Shown: piece after piece, positions 45,654 through 58,527 of the stretch
How positions within the stretch are numbered: the stretch's first letter is position 1
How the letters are laid out: each line of letters begins with the position of its first letter
Source of the DNA: a bacterium
GTDB lineage: Bacteria; SAR324; NAC60-12
Reading direction: 5' to 3'
Assembly: GCA_965209155.1 (NCBI GenBank)
Contig: OZ242383.1
Span: 1,344,001 to 1,408,000, forward strand
DNA: 64,000 nt
Made by a program: the position numbers and the translations under genes
The notes under the pieces: model-generated
What the model was told of the DNA's origin: nothing
Database searches by the model: none
Seen by the model: the letters and a program-made list of their open reading frames with translations, nothing else

Positions 45654-45787
45654 TCAAATTGAAATCCAGAAATTCTTATATCACGATATTTCGAGAAAGG
45701 ACACCTCGCGATCGATTTATTTTTCCTCACTTGGGATCGTTATTCAAACCCAAATGGCGTTTCAGAACCAAGACCTCAATTACAATC

Positions 45788-47182
45788 ATGTCAATAATTA
45801 AATTGGATCCGGAGATCATTACCATTGCCCGGGCAATCTCAGAAGCAGGGGGAAGAGCACTACTCATCGGCGGGTCTGTCCGTGATATTCTCTTGCATCG
45901 ACCTGTAGTCAAAGATATGGACGTTGAAGTCTATCATCTTTCACCTTCCCGTCTGGAATATGCTTTAACGAAATTTGGTCATGTCGCAATAGTTGGTAAA
46001 AAATTTGGCATCTTTAAATTATCGACTCCTCAAAATGAATATGATTTCAGTTTACCACGTACTGAAAATAAAACCGGTCCGGGGCATAAAGGATTCAGGG
46101 TCGACTTCGATCCGCAGATGAATTTTGCCAGCGCCGCGGCTCGACGGGATTTCACCATCAATGCGATGGGTTATGATATTCTCAGTCGTAAACTATACGA
46201 CCCTTTTCAAGGACGCCAGGATTTGGAGCAAGGTATCTTGCGCCATATCGGGCCTGCTTTTTCAGAAGATCCTCTGCGAGTTCTGAGGGCTATGCAGTTT
46301 GCGGCTCGCTTTGAATTCAAAATCGCAGCGGAAACGCTTGAACTTTGCCAGACACTCGACCTGCATGAACTTCCTAAAGAAAGATTGTTCGAGGAGTTCA
46401 AAAAATTGTTCCTCAAGGCAAAACTTCCATCAATTGGTCTGAAAGCGGCACGGGAATTGGGAGTCTTGAAATTTTTGCCAGAGCTACGAGCACTGATCAA
46501 TGTCCCCCAAGACCCTGAATGGCATCCCGAAGGAGACGTTTGGACCCACACGCTCATGGTAATGGATGAAGCTGCCAAATTGAGGCAAAATGATGATAAG
46601 CGCGACATACGTTTTATGTTTTCTGCCCTTTGTCATGATTTCGGCAAACCTGCAACCACCCTATTCAAAGAGGGGCGATGGAGAAGTCCTGCTCATGATG
46701 TGGAAGGTCTGGAACCCACGGAATCCTTTCTCAGACGCCTCAGTGAAGAACAAACTCTCATCGAGTCAGTGAAAGTCAATGTAAGAGAGCATTTGAAACC
46801 CGCCATGCTCTACAAGGCAAGGAAGGAAGTGACGGATGGCGCCATCCGCAGGTTTGCCATGCGGGTGCCTATTCCCGAACTGATTCGCGTTGCAACTGCC
46901 GATCACTTCGGTAGAACCACTGCGGAGGCGCTTGCCAGAAAATTTCCTGCCAGGGATTGGCTGTTGGCGCGTGTTGAAGCCCTCGATGTTAAAGATCACG
47001 CACCTCGTCCTTTCCTGAAAGGGAGAGATCTGTTGAAGTTGGGTATGACTCCCGGTCCCTTGGTTGGACAATTGATTCGAGAAAGTTTTGAGTTGCAGTT
47101 GGATGGAAAATTAAACCATTTGAATGATGCCATGCTTTGGGTTGAGAAGCGACTCAAAACGCTAACTGCTTTGCAAGAATAA
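45788..47182 (+). CDS. cca: tRNA nucleotidyltransferase (CCA-adding, class II) with HD domain
   Basis: GGSVRD, DMDVE, RRDFTINAM, EDPLRVLRAMQFAARF, HPEGDVWTHT, CHDFGK. Confidence 0.88.
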   Translation: MSIIKLDPEIITIARAISEAGGRALLIGGSVRDILLHRPVVKDMDVEVYHLSPSRLEYALTKFGHVAIVGKKFGIFKLSTPQNEYDFSLPRTENKTGPGHKGFRVDFDPQMNFASAAARRDFTINAMGYDILSRKLYDPFQGRQDLEQGILRHIGPAFSEDPLRVLRAMQFAARFEFKIAAETLELCQTLDLHELPKERLFEEFKKLFLKAKLPSIGLKAARELGVLKFLPELRALINVPQDPEWHPEGDVWTHTLMVMDEAAKLRQNDDKRDIRFMFSALCHDFGKPATTLFKEGRWRSPAHDVEGLEPTESFLRRLSEEQTLIESVKVNVREHLKPAMLYKARKEVTDGAIRRFAMRVPIPELIRVATADHFGRTTAEALARKFPARDWLLARVEALDVKDHAPRPFLKGRDLLKLGMTPGPLVGQLIRESFELQLDGKLNHLNDAMLWVEKRLKTLTALQE

Positions 47183-47284
47183 GGTTTGTCGGGTTTGGTT
47201 GGTCATATTTGTGACTTTTTGAGTCGCATCGACCGAATTCCCAGGGATTTTCACTGCATATTCCAACCTCGTCTCCGTTGTTCC

Positions 47285-47740
47285 ATGAATATCAAAATAA
47301 TTACGACAAACCGAAAAGCACGATTCGAATACGAAATCATTCAAACCTTCGAAGCAGGCATTGCTTTGAAAGGAACCGAAGTAAAAAGTCTTCGTAACAA
47401 CCGGATCAATATGAGTGACAGCTATTGTCGAATCAACGAGCACTTGGAGATTTTCCTGGTCCATTTGCACATCAGTCCTTATGAATTTGGAAACCGGGTC
47501 AATCATGAACCACTCCGGGAACGAAAACTCCTCTTGCATAAACAGGAGATTCGCAGACTCTACGGACAACTTCGTGAAAAAGGTCGAACCTTGATTCCTC
47601 TGAAATTTTACTTTAAAAGCGGGAAAGTCAAGGTGGAGTTGGCTTTGGTACGAGGTAAAAAAATATATGACAAACGCGAGAGTATGAAACGAAAAGATGA
47701 AGAGCGGGAATTGGAACGTACGCTGAAAACCTTCTCTTAG
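47285..47740 (+). CDS. smpB: SsrA-binding protein
   Basis: NRKARFEY, EAGIALKGTEVKSLR, RKLLLHK, GKKIYDKR. Confidence 0.97.
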   Translation: MNIKIITTNRKARFEYEIIQTFEAGIALKGTEVKSLRNNRINMSDSYCRINEHLEIFLVHLHISPYEFGNRVNHEPLRERKLLLHKQEIRRLYGQLREKGRTLIPLKFYFKSGKVKVELALVRGKKIYDKRESMKRKDEERELERTLKTFS

Positions 47741-47774
47741 TCGCTTCAGAATTTCTTATAAAACAAGGGTCCCA

Positions 47775-48935
47775 ATGGACACTCCGGAAATGAATTGGTT
47801 GGCATTGAACTTGATTCCAGACCTGGGCGTTCAAACCCTTCGGCAGCTTCTTCAGTATTATGGAAGTACCGACAACCTTCTTTGCGTATCTGCAGAAGAA
47901 TTGGTCCGGAAAAGAGGCATTCCGGAGAAGATGGCCAATCGTATTGCTACAGCAAAAAAAGTGAATAGCTTTCAAATAGAAAAACGATTGATCGAGGAAA
48001 ATGGGATCCAATTGATGTGCCTTGAAACATCTTACTATCCAGAATACCTGAGAGAAATACCGGCTCCGCCCCCAATCCTCTACTGTCAAGGGAACCTGCG
48101 AAAAATCGAATCTCCATGCCTTGCTGTTGTCGGTTCCCGGACTTGCACGCCCTACGGAAAAAAGCACACAAAGCGATTGATATTCGAATTAGCGGAACTG
48201 GTGCCCAATTTGGTCATTGTCAGTGGATTGGCCCGGGGAATCGACACGGTAGCTCACCACTCGGCTTTGGAAGCCGGGGTGTCCACAATTGCAGTCCTTG
48301 CAGGAGGCTTAAAGCATATTTACCCTCCTGAAAACTATCCTCTCGCACAAGAGATCAAGTCGAAAGGGGCGTTGATTTCAGAGTTTCCAATGGGATTGAA
48401 ACCCCTGGCCCGAAATTTTCCGATCCGTAATCGCATTATCAGTGGATTGTCTCAAGGAATTCTGGTGACCGAAGCAGGTCACAAAAGTGGCGCCCTCATT
48501 ACGGCGGCTTTCGGACTTCAACACAATCGAGAGGTCTTTGCTTTGCCCGGCAACGTCGAGGTCCCTGCCAGTCGTGGTACAAACCAATTGATTTCCCGGC
48601 ATCATGCCAAATTAGTCGTTCACGCCCAAGACATTTTGGAAGAATTACAAATTTCCTCCTCTAAAAATATACAAACCAAGTTTTCTTTCGATTCTTCCCG
48701 AAGCCGATCGATCAACCTTTCAGAATTTTCCGAACCTCAACGAAAAATAATAAAAGCACTGGGTTCAGGCTTGCAGGACATTGATTCTCTTTATTCAGAA
48801 ACACGAATTGAAATCAATCAATTGTTAGGCTTGCTGATTGAATTGGAGTTAATGGATACCGTACAGTCTCTCGAAGGACAGCGCTATCAACTTAACGACG
48901 CATTGCAACTTGAGATCAACCCCTCAAACCAATAA
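47775..48935 (+). CDS. dprA: DNA-processing protein DprA
   Basis: AVVGSR, VSGLARGID, FPIRNRIISGLS, SGALITA, REVFALPG. Confidence 0.96.
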   Translation: MDTPEMNWLALNLIPDLGVQTLRQLLQYYGSTDNLLCVSAEELVRKRGIPEKMANRIATAKKVNSFQIEKRLIEENGIQLMCLETSYYPEYLREIPAPPPILYCQGNLRKIESPCLAVVGSRTCTPYGKKHTKRLIFELAELVPNLVIVSGLARGIDTVAHHSALEAGVSTIAVLAGGLKHIYPPENYPLAQEIKSKGALISEFPMGLKPLARNFPIRNRIISGLSQGILVTEAGHKSGALITAAFGLQHNREVFALPGNVEVPASRGTNQLISRHHAKLVVHAQDILEELQISSSKNIQTKFSFDSSRSRSINLSEFSEPQRKIIKALGSGLQDIDSLYSETRIEINQLLGLLIELELMDTVQSLEGQRYQLNDALQLEINPSNQ

Positions 48936-48948
48936 CTTGTTCCGCGCA

Positions 48949-49791
48949 ATGGGCAAAGTTAAATATTACGTCATCAGTCCCCGGCATCATTGGGAAATCA
49001 GCAGTACTGCTCTGGTTCAGGCAGGCATATTAATAGTAGTGGTGTTCTTTGCGCTGGTTATCCTGCCTTTTTATCAGTTTATCATCCACGAAAATAAAAC
49101 ATCCGCACTCGAGGATGCGCATGAAATACAAAATTCTTTCAGTCAAAAACACGCAGCGAACACTGCGCAACTGCAACAACAAATCTCCGCGTTGCAAAAG
49201 GAACTTCAGGAGACAAGCGATTCCCTGACAACACTGCAAACCACGCAAAAGTCAGATTCCCAAACCCAACTGGGGAAACAGGAAAAATTTTTCGAGTATC
49301 AACTGGAAATCAATGACCTCAACCTCATCATCAAAAATAAGGACATACAAATCAAGACTCTTGAAAATCAACAACAAAAATACGTACAAGACGTCCAATC
49401 CCTCTCTGCGCAATTGCAAGAGTTGGAAAAACAGTTGAACAAGCACTCACTGTCCGCAGCAGCTTCTGTTGCTAAAACGGATCAAACAATCTTCGCTGAT
49501 CAATTGCATATTGAATCCAAAATGAATAACATTACGGTCCGTTTCAATCTGAGAAGCAATAAAAATGAAGCAATGAAAGGATTTGTGAGCATTTTCCCGC
49601 TGACTGCGGATCAATTGAATCGAGCAATCACGTTTGATCCCAAAAACTCGATTCCCTTCTCAATCCATCGCTTTCTCCCTGTTACTAAAATATTGGAAAA
49701 ACCAAAACAAATTTCATACTCTGCAATACGTATTCTCGTTTGGGATGAAAATAAAACCAGTCTGTTTAACCAAAATTTTCAAATCCCCTGA
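48949..49791 (+). CDS. hypothetical membrane-anchored coiled-coil protein
   Basis: One N-terminal TM helix, Gln/Leu-rich heptads, beta-rich C-terminal domain. Confidence 0.7.
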   Translation: MGKVKYYVISPRHHWEISSTALVQAGILIVVVFFALVILPFYQFIIHENKTSALEDAHEIQNSFSQKHAANTAQLQQQISALQKELQETSDSLTTLQTTQKSDSQTQLGKQEKFFEYQLEINDLNLIIKNKDIQIKTLENQQQKYVQDVQSLSAQLQELEKQLNKHSLSAAASVAKTDQTIFADQLHIESKMNNITVRFNLRSNKNEAMKGFVSIFPLTADQLNRAITFDPKNSIPFSIHRFLPVTKILEKPKQISYSAIRILVWDENKTSLFNQNFQIP

Positions 49792-49816
49792 GATTCATGC
49801 CTCGCGCGATGCTTCC

Positions 49817-50518
49817 ATGAATTCTCCTGTGATTGCCCTGCGCAACGTCTCCAAACGATTTGGTTTCCGTACTGTTTTGCAAGGCATTGATCTTGATATT
49901 AAAACGGGAGACTGCACTCTGCTGTTGGGGAATAATGGCGCAGGAAAGACCACCTTGTTGAATATCATTTGTTCATTAACGAGTCCCAGTGAAGGAGAAA
50001 TATTATTCAAGGGCCGCAGTTACCGGGAAGCAGGGCATCAACTGCGTCGGGCAACTGCCAGTATTGCTCACGAAAGTCGCTTGTATGGTGATTTAACAGC
50101 CACGGAAAACTTGAAATTTTTTGGGAATCTCCATGCTTTGAAAAACCTGTTTCCTCAGATTGAAAAATCTTTGAAAATCATGGACCTGGATTACGCAAAA
50201 CACATACCAGTGCATACGTTCAGCAGCGGGATGGTCAAACGATTAACCATTGCAAAGTTGATCCTCTGCCAACCAGAAATTCTGATTTTAGACGAACCCT
50301 ATTCAGGATTGGATGTAAACTCCACCCAACTGCTTCAGGAATATTTAAAAAGATTCCATCAAGAAGGAGGCACCCTATTGATGGTCACCCATCAATATTC
50401 ACTTGGATTGCAATTATGCAACCGTGTGCTTCTCATACGGAATCGCAGCATCCACCATGATGTCCCTGCTTCTCGAATCTCTCCGGAGCAATGCCGATTA
50501 TGGCTCCAGCAAGACTGA
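49817..50518 (+). CDS. ABC ATP-binding protein, CcmA-like
   Basis: Walker A GNNGAGKTT, LTATENL, FSSGM, LDEPYSGLD, VTH. Confidence 0.85.
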   Translation: MNSPVIALRNVSKRFGFRTVLQGIDLDIKTGDCTLLLGNNGAGKTTLLNIICSLTSPSEGEILFKGRSYREAGHQLRRATASIAHESRLYGDLTATENLKFFGNLHALKNLFPQIEKSLKIMDLDYAKHIPVHTFSSGMVKRLTIAKLILCQPEILILDEPYSGLDVNSTQLLQEYLKRFHQEGGTLLMVTHQYSLGLQLCNRVLLIRNRSIHHDVPASRISPEQCRLWLQQD

Positions 50519-51657
50519 ACTTCAATACTTACATAACAAATCATTCTCATTTATCTCTTCTGCAACCGACTTCCATCCGTGAAATACTGTTGGAACATGA
50601 AGATCTCAGTCGTTTCGGAAGACTGAAAACCTCTGAATTACAATCGTTGATTCACGAAGCCTATAGACGAGGATTTTCTTCAATTTTACAATGGGATATT
50701 CTGGCCACCGAACCCGACCTGCTTTCCGGGGCAAAAATTATTAAACGTTTGCCTTTATCTCAAATTGCCGCAATCCGTGTTCAGGATGTCGGGATCGCCC
50801 AGTGGATACATCAGCACTTTCCGGATATACCCCTCCATCTGATTGCTGAGACAGGTAATCATAATTTGGCCAGTCTACAACAATGGTGCGACTATTTTGG
50901 TGAACAACTTATTCGTTTAGTACTTTCTACGGAAATTCCGGGAATGACACTGAAACAATATTGTGTTCAGTTGAAGCCTCCTTGTGAAATACTGGGATTG
51001 GGACGAATTCTTTTATTTTATACACCGCGTTCGTTGCTTCTTCCATTGCAGCTGAAATCCCGCTTTTCTTCAGAAACCACCGTGGCGAGCGACGATAAAA
51101 AGCACCACCAGTTTCAAATACTGGAAAACCGTCATGGTACTTTCATGTTCCATTACTACGACCTTTTTTTATTGGATCTCCTCCCTGAATTGCTGGAATC
51201 GACACTCCACACCTTGAGATTGGATCTGAGGTTCATCAATTCCTTCGAGTGGATTCAAGAGATTGATTCCCTCAGGGAAAAATACGATGGGAAATTGGTT
51301 AAATCCATCAGGGCGCAATGGCCTGTCCATACCATTCATGGATTTTTCAGAGCCAATCGAACCGACCGTGCGATTCATCGTTTAAAAAATAAACATTTGA
51401 GTGATCATGGCAAGAATATAGTCGCATATGTCGTCGAATCGACCAAGAACCAACACATTGCCCTGATTTCAAGACAACCTTTTCATGCGGATGAAGAGCT
51501 TTTGTTTATTACTCCGGATGGCAGGAAATTAAAAATAGTGCCGAATTGCATTCGAAATACGCAAGGAGAGACAACAAAAACTGCAGACACGGCGGGAGTT
51601 TGGTTGATCCCTCATTTCAAAGGGGTCATCCCGAAAACCTTAATCTATCGCCTTTGA
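50491..51657 (+). CDS. peptidase U32 family protein (RNA-hydroxylation TrhP/RlhA-related)
   Basis: IRVQDVG, RLVLSTEI, LLFYTPRSLL, ENRHGTFMF, DLFLLDLLPEL, HGFF. Confidence 0.72.
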   Translation: MPIMAPARLNFNTYITNHSHLSLLQPTSIREILLEHEDLSRFGRLKTSELQSLIHEAYRRGFSSILQWDILATEPDLLSGAKIIKRLPLSQIAAIRVQDVGIAQWIHQHFPDIPLHLIAETGNHNLASLQQWCDYFGEQLIRLVLSTEIPGMTLKQYCVQLKPPCEILGLGRILLFYTPRSLLLPLQLKSRFSSETTVASDDKKHHQFQILENRHGTFMFHYYDLFLLDLLPELLESTLHTLRLDLRFINSFEWIQEIDSLREKYDGKLVKSIRAQWPVHTIHGFFRANRTDRAIHRLKNKHLSDHGKNIVAYVVESTKNQHIALISRQPFHADEELLFITPDGRKLKIVPNCIRNTQGETTKTADTAGVWLIPHFKGVIPKTLIYRL

Positions 51658-51691
51658 CAACACCTTGAACTTTTCAAACTCAGGACCGCTT

Positions 51692-53044
51692 CTACTGTGC
51701 CGGGTAAGGATTGCTGAATTTGGAAGCTCGTTTTCTCCAAATAATTTCTAAGGGGGTCCCTTGAAAGCCGAAATGATACCGCAACTGATTAGTTACGTAC
51801 CGTTCGTAACTGGAATCTGTTTTGTCGGGATTATTGGTCATGAAAACGAAGGTCGGGGGCGAGGTAACGACTTGATTGCCGTAGTATATCCGGGTAGGAC
51901 GTCCGGTTTTGAAAGGAGGCGGATGTTTACTGGTGATTTGTTCCAAAATAGTGTTCAAGTCCGAGGTTTTAATACGGCGGGTATACTGTTGGTAAATCAA
52001 GACCACCAATTCAAATATTTTTAAGATACGAAGGCCTGATTGGGCACTGACAGTAACAATTGGCGCGTAGTCGATGAAAGGCAGTTTTGCATAAATTGCC
52101 TCTTTTATTTTTACCTGAGCAGTTCTGCGATTTTTTACCAAATCCCATTTATTAACGACAATCACTACTGCCTTTTTGCGATCGCAAATATATCCGGCAA
52201 TCCTGGCAGTTTGGGTGGTGATCTCCAGGGTGCCATCAATTATCAACAATACCACGTCAGAGCGTTCAATGGCCTTCAGGGCCGATACAATACTGAAGGT
52301 CTCAATTTTTTGACTGACTTTGCTCTTCCGTCGAATTCCTGCTGTATCGATCAAGACGAATTCATGAGCATTGTATCGAAATTCACTATCAACAGGGTCT
52401 CTGGTGGTTCCTGCCGATTGATCAACCAGCATGCGATTTTCCTGGAGAATCGCATTAACCAGCATGGATTTTCCTACATTGGGTTGACCAACCAGGGCTA
52501 CGTTGATCCTCGGTGACGATTTTTCTTTCTGCTCAGAAATGACCAGTGGGACAGTTTGATGTATGGCATCCAACAACGTTTTTATGCCTAGATCATGCTG
52601 TGCGGAAATTGGAAAGATGCGGGCAGTGCCCGATTGATAAAAATCATAAACGTCGAATCTCTGTTTTTCGCTGTCTGCTTTATTGACCGTAAAAAAAACG
52701 GGTTTATCGCATTGAATCAAATAGCGGTAAATGGCCACGTCATCCACTGTCCAACCTTCTCGCACGTCCATCAAAAATATGATCGCGTCTGCTTCTTGTA
52801 TTGCCAACTGGGATTGCAGACGCATTGACTCCTTGATTCCTTTTGTTTCTGGTTCAAATCCTCCGGTATCGATGAGTAGAAACGTATATTTTATATCATG
52901 GACCATCCCATAATTTCGATCCCTCGTGACACCGGGAGTGTTTTCTACGATGGCAGCGCGCCGCTTGAGCAGACGATTGAAAAGTGTTGACTTTCCAACA
53001 TTGGGGCGCCCTACGATTGCGATAATTGGTAACGACGGAGACAT
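51692..53044 (-). CDS. der: ribosome biogenesis GTPase Der
   Basis: Two G domains (GRPNVGKST, GQPNVGKS; DTGG/DTAG; NKAD/NKWD) and KH-like tail PPTF. Confidence 0.97.
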   Translation of the reverse strand: MSPSLPIIAIVGRPNVGKSTLFNRLLKRRAAIVENTPGVTRDRNYGMVHDIKYTFLLIDTGGFEPETKGIKESMRLQSQLAIQEADAIIFLMDVREGWTVDDVAIYRYLIQCDKPVFFTVNKADSEKQRFDVYDFYQSGTARIFPISAQHDLGIKTLLDAIHQTVPLVISEQKEKSSPRINVALVGQPNVGKSMLVNAILQENRMLVDQSAGTTRDPVDSEFRYNAHEFVLIDTAGIRRKSKVSQKIETFSIVSALKAIERSDVVLLIIDGTLEITTQTARIAGYICDRKKAVVIVVNKWDLVKNRRTAQVKIKEAIYAKLPFIDYAPIVTVSAQSGLRILKIFELVVLIYQQYTRRIKTSDLNTILEQITSKHPPPFKTGRPTRIYYGNQVVTSPPTFVFMTNNPDKTDSSYERYVTNQLRYHFGFQGTPLEIIWRKRASKFSNPYPAQ

Positions 53045-53069
53045 GGACCTGCTTATCAGTACTGGAAGT

Positions 53070-55472
<2,403 letters not shown>

Positions 55473-55960
55473 TCAAATGAACTGCCAGACTGTAGCAGCG
55501 TGGTAACGAGGTTGCGAAAACGATGAATTTTTTTATACTTTTTGCCCCGTTGAAACTTGAAACCCTGTTTCACAATTTTTAAAACAAAATTTTAACTATT
55601 CTGGATTATAGAACACCCGGCAAATAAATTTCGAACCGTTTTTTGGGGATTTGAAGGTGAAAGCGATTCGTTAAAAAAGAGGGATGGTGTTGGCCCGAGA
55701 ATATCTGCTTATGTAACAAAATAGCTATCAACTGTGGGGAAAAAGTATTATATTTCAGAGGGTAACGCAATATTTTTTACACGGACTATTCCAAATCCAT
55801 GATGTAAAGAGCTTCATGGAGAATGATACCACAGTACCAGATAAAATGAAACATCTAATCGGGAAGCTTCAGACAGCTTGCTATTATTGATCGATCAGGG
55901 TGAATAGAAGATCGAAGTAATCAGGAAAGGTTTTGGCGACGCATTGTGGGTTGTTGATGG

Positions 55961-56285
55961 TCACAGGAAGCGGACCACAGGCGGCGGCTCACCGCTTTGA
56001 TCCTTGATAAGCTGCTCCAGGTGTTGGAGATTGCGCCGCAGATAACCAAGCAGCCGGCGCTTCATAGTACAAATGTGGGAACGGACGGGCTGACGTAACT
56101 TGCAGAAAGCCAGACAATGTATGCGGGCAATTCGCCGGTAGGTCCTTGGTTTGGGACTCCCAGAGGGACGCTTATCATGAAGCACGTTGATCAACTCCTC
56201 GCTTTTTTCACGAGCGGCATTGAGAAGTTTCGTATCGGTTGGATAAGTGATATCAGCCGGTGCGCAACTTGCATCAGGGATAATC
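55961..56285 (-). pseudogene. IS5-family transposase internal fragment
   Basis: DASCAPADITYPTDTKLLNAAREKSEELI...KPRTYRRIAR...LGYLRRNLQHLEQL. Confidence 0.78.
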
Positions 56286-56431
56286 CAAGGCTGCCTTGTA
56301 AGAGTCCAGAAAAGAGAGCCATGTTCGTTCCGAAAAACTCCTATCCCGCATCCGTATTGGACTGGGCATGGTACATCCAGGTCCAGGCGAGTTTTTACAG
56401 CGGCACCGGTGCTCCGATGCAGTGGTCCGCC

Positions 56432-57577
56432 TTACAATTCCACTGTGGATAACCAGTTGTGGGCCAAGCGCATTTCCGCGTTGTTTGGAAATGTTTTTTC
56501 TCGCTTTAATTCTTTGACCAACTGCACCTTTTTGATAGAAGATATTTGTTTTTCAAAAATATTGAAGTTGGGACACCAGGAGGAATCCGCCCATTTGACT
56601 TCCAGCATCAAGCGAGGATGATTATTTTTTGTAATACAAAAATCGACTTCTTTGCCATCTCTTCTTCTCAAATAATGCAGTTGCAAGGTTTCCCCATAAC
56701 AATCCTCTCTAAAATGAATTTCCTTGAGCAGAGCACACGCCACTAAATTTTCTAATTTGATCCCCTCATCCCCCAGGACTTGTCCATTGTCATAAAAATA
56801 AAATTTGGGAGCCTTCAGTAAGGCTCGTGCCACGTTCTTATGATAGGTGGGAACCCGAAAGATAATGTACATGTTCTCTAAGATCTCCAGCCAACGTTTG
56901 ATCGTCTTGTCGCTATGCTGAAGATCTCGGGCCAGGGAACTGTAGGAAACCGGGCTGCCTATTTTTTGCCTCAATAATTGAATCAGCGTCTCCATGGAGG
57001 CAATTTGATTGATTTTTTCCAAGTCAATCAAATCTTGTCGTAAAATAATGTCGAGATGCGTCGCTTTCCAGCGATTATAATAGCGGACTTTGCCCTCCAA
57101 AAAAGGTTCTGGGAATCCTCCCAGAGCCATCAGGTTCTCCAAAGCTTCCTCCAGATTTTGCGGATTCGTCTCGGCCTTGATTTCTTTTAAATCCAAGGGA
57201 TGGAGTCTGAATCTGAAAAATCGCCCTGCTAGCGAATCCCCGACTTTACGGAATGTGTCCAGTTTGGAACTGCCGGTGACAACTAGAGCCGGGGGGATCC
57301 CTTCTGTATCATAAATCCCTTTTATCCACGATTTCCAATCCTGCATTTTGTGCAGTTCATCAAATATGATCAGCTCTTTCTTACGATCCCAGCCCTTTTC
57401 TTTGATCAATAACCGGTGCTCCGGATTGTCAAAATTGATATAATCAAAAGGACGGCCCAATCCCTTCGCCAAAGTCGTCTTTCCCACCTGCCTTGGCCCC
57501 GTGATGAGAATGATCTTCCGATCCAAATCTTCTAAAATGGGACCCCTCAAGGTCCGTTGTATATACTGACGGCCCAT
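56432..57577 (-). CDS. AAA+ ATPase (AAA_14) with DUF4143 nuclease-like C-terminus
   Basis: GPRQVGKTT, FDELHK, VTGSS, SLAGR, GGFPE, PKFYFYDNG, ENLVA, KEVDF, EVK. Confidence 0.92.
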   Translation of the reverse strand: MGRQYIQRTLRGPILEDLDRKIILITGPRQVGKTTLAKGLGRPFDYINFDNPEHRLLIKEKGWDRKKELIIFDELHKMQDWKSWIKGIYDTEGIPPALVVTGSSKLDTFRKVGDSLAGRFFRFRLHPLDLKEIKAETNPQNLEEALENLMALGGFPEPFLEGKVRYYNRWKATHLDIILRQDLIDLEKINQIASMETLIQLLRQKIGSPVSYSSLARDLQHSDKTIKRWLEILENMYIIFRVPTYHKNVARALLKAPKFYFYDNGQVLGDEGIKLENLVACALLKEIHFREDCYGETLQLHYLRRRDGKEVDFCITKNNHPRLMLEVKWADSSWCPNFNIFEKQISSIKKVQLVKELKREKTFPNNAEMRLAHNWLSTVEL

Positions 57578-58000
57578 TGACTTTTTCCAGACTAAACTTG
57601 ATTTTAGTTTTTAGTCAATAATGGTATATATTCCGAAATTGTCAAGACGATTTCGGAATGTAAACCCCGAAACGGTTCCTATACATCACGTCCAGGACCT
57701 AAAGTGTACGGAGTTGATATGACAGCTTACTTGATTTAGAGAATACAATTGATTTTTTCTTGATCGATTACCTGTGGATTCTCTTTTTCCTGGAGATGTT
57801 GACTGTCCAAAAAATGGATTACTCCGGAAAAGGAAACGTGAAAAGCTCATCGCTCCGATTCCTCACGAATTCAGCCGCATTCGCGAAGGGCCACCACGTG
57901 CTCAGGTGCCGTTCACCATGATGATTTGTACTTTTCCCTGAGGATTGCTATAGTGAGTGTGTCAACATCTCTTATGTCTTCTATTACAGAAAGAAAACGT

Positions 58001-58197
58001 ATGAATTATCAAGTCACTTTAGAGCTGCCCGATTATCTCAAGAAGGAGGTAGATAGCATCAAGGATTTTGATCGATTCGTTACTCGTATTGTCCGGGATA
58101 CTCTGGAAGAGGAGGCGGATTATCAGGCAGCTCCCCTTCAAGGAGCACTCCGTTGCATAGAAGATGATGATTTTTCACTCTCCTCGACAACTTCTAA
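58001..58197 (+). CDS. putative antitoxin, probably frameshifted at its 3' end (ORF reads through to 58315)
   Basis: Short acidic ORF just upstream of the PemK-like gene; an out-of-frame TAA abuts the toxin ATG (ttctaaatg). Confidence 0.45.
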
Positions 58198-58527
58198 ATG
58201 CCCCAACCCGGAGACATCATCCTTTTCCAGTTTCCTCAAACCGATTTTTCCCCTGGAAAGACACGGTCCGTGCTTTTGCTCAAAAAACTCCCTGGGGTTT
58301 TTGATGATTGGTTGAGATGTATGATTTCCACACAAACACACCAGGTCGTTGTTTCTTTTGATGAGATCATCTCTCCCCATGACTCCGATTTTTCCCATTC
58401 AGGCCTCAATGCCCCCAGTCTTATCAGACCAGGCAGATTACTAATAATTCATGAGTCCCAAATCGGGAACACGATTGGCTCGATCTCAAAGCAACGGCTT
58501 CGCCGTCTGAAGAGGATCTCATGTTAA
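58198..58527 (+). CDS. PemK/MazF-family toxin
   Basis: PGDIILFQFPQTD...KTRSVLLL...CMIST...SGL..PSLIR..RL. Confidence 0.8.
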   Translation: MPQPGDIILFQFPQTDFSPGKTRSVLLLKKLPGVFDDWLRCMISTQTHQVVVSFDEIISPHDSDFSHSGLNAPSLIRPGRLLIIHESQIGNTIGSISKQRLRRLKRISC

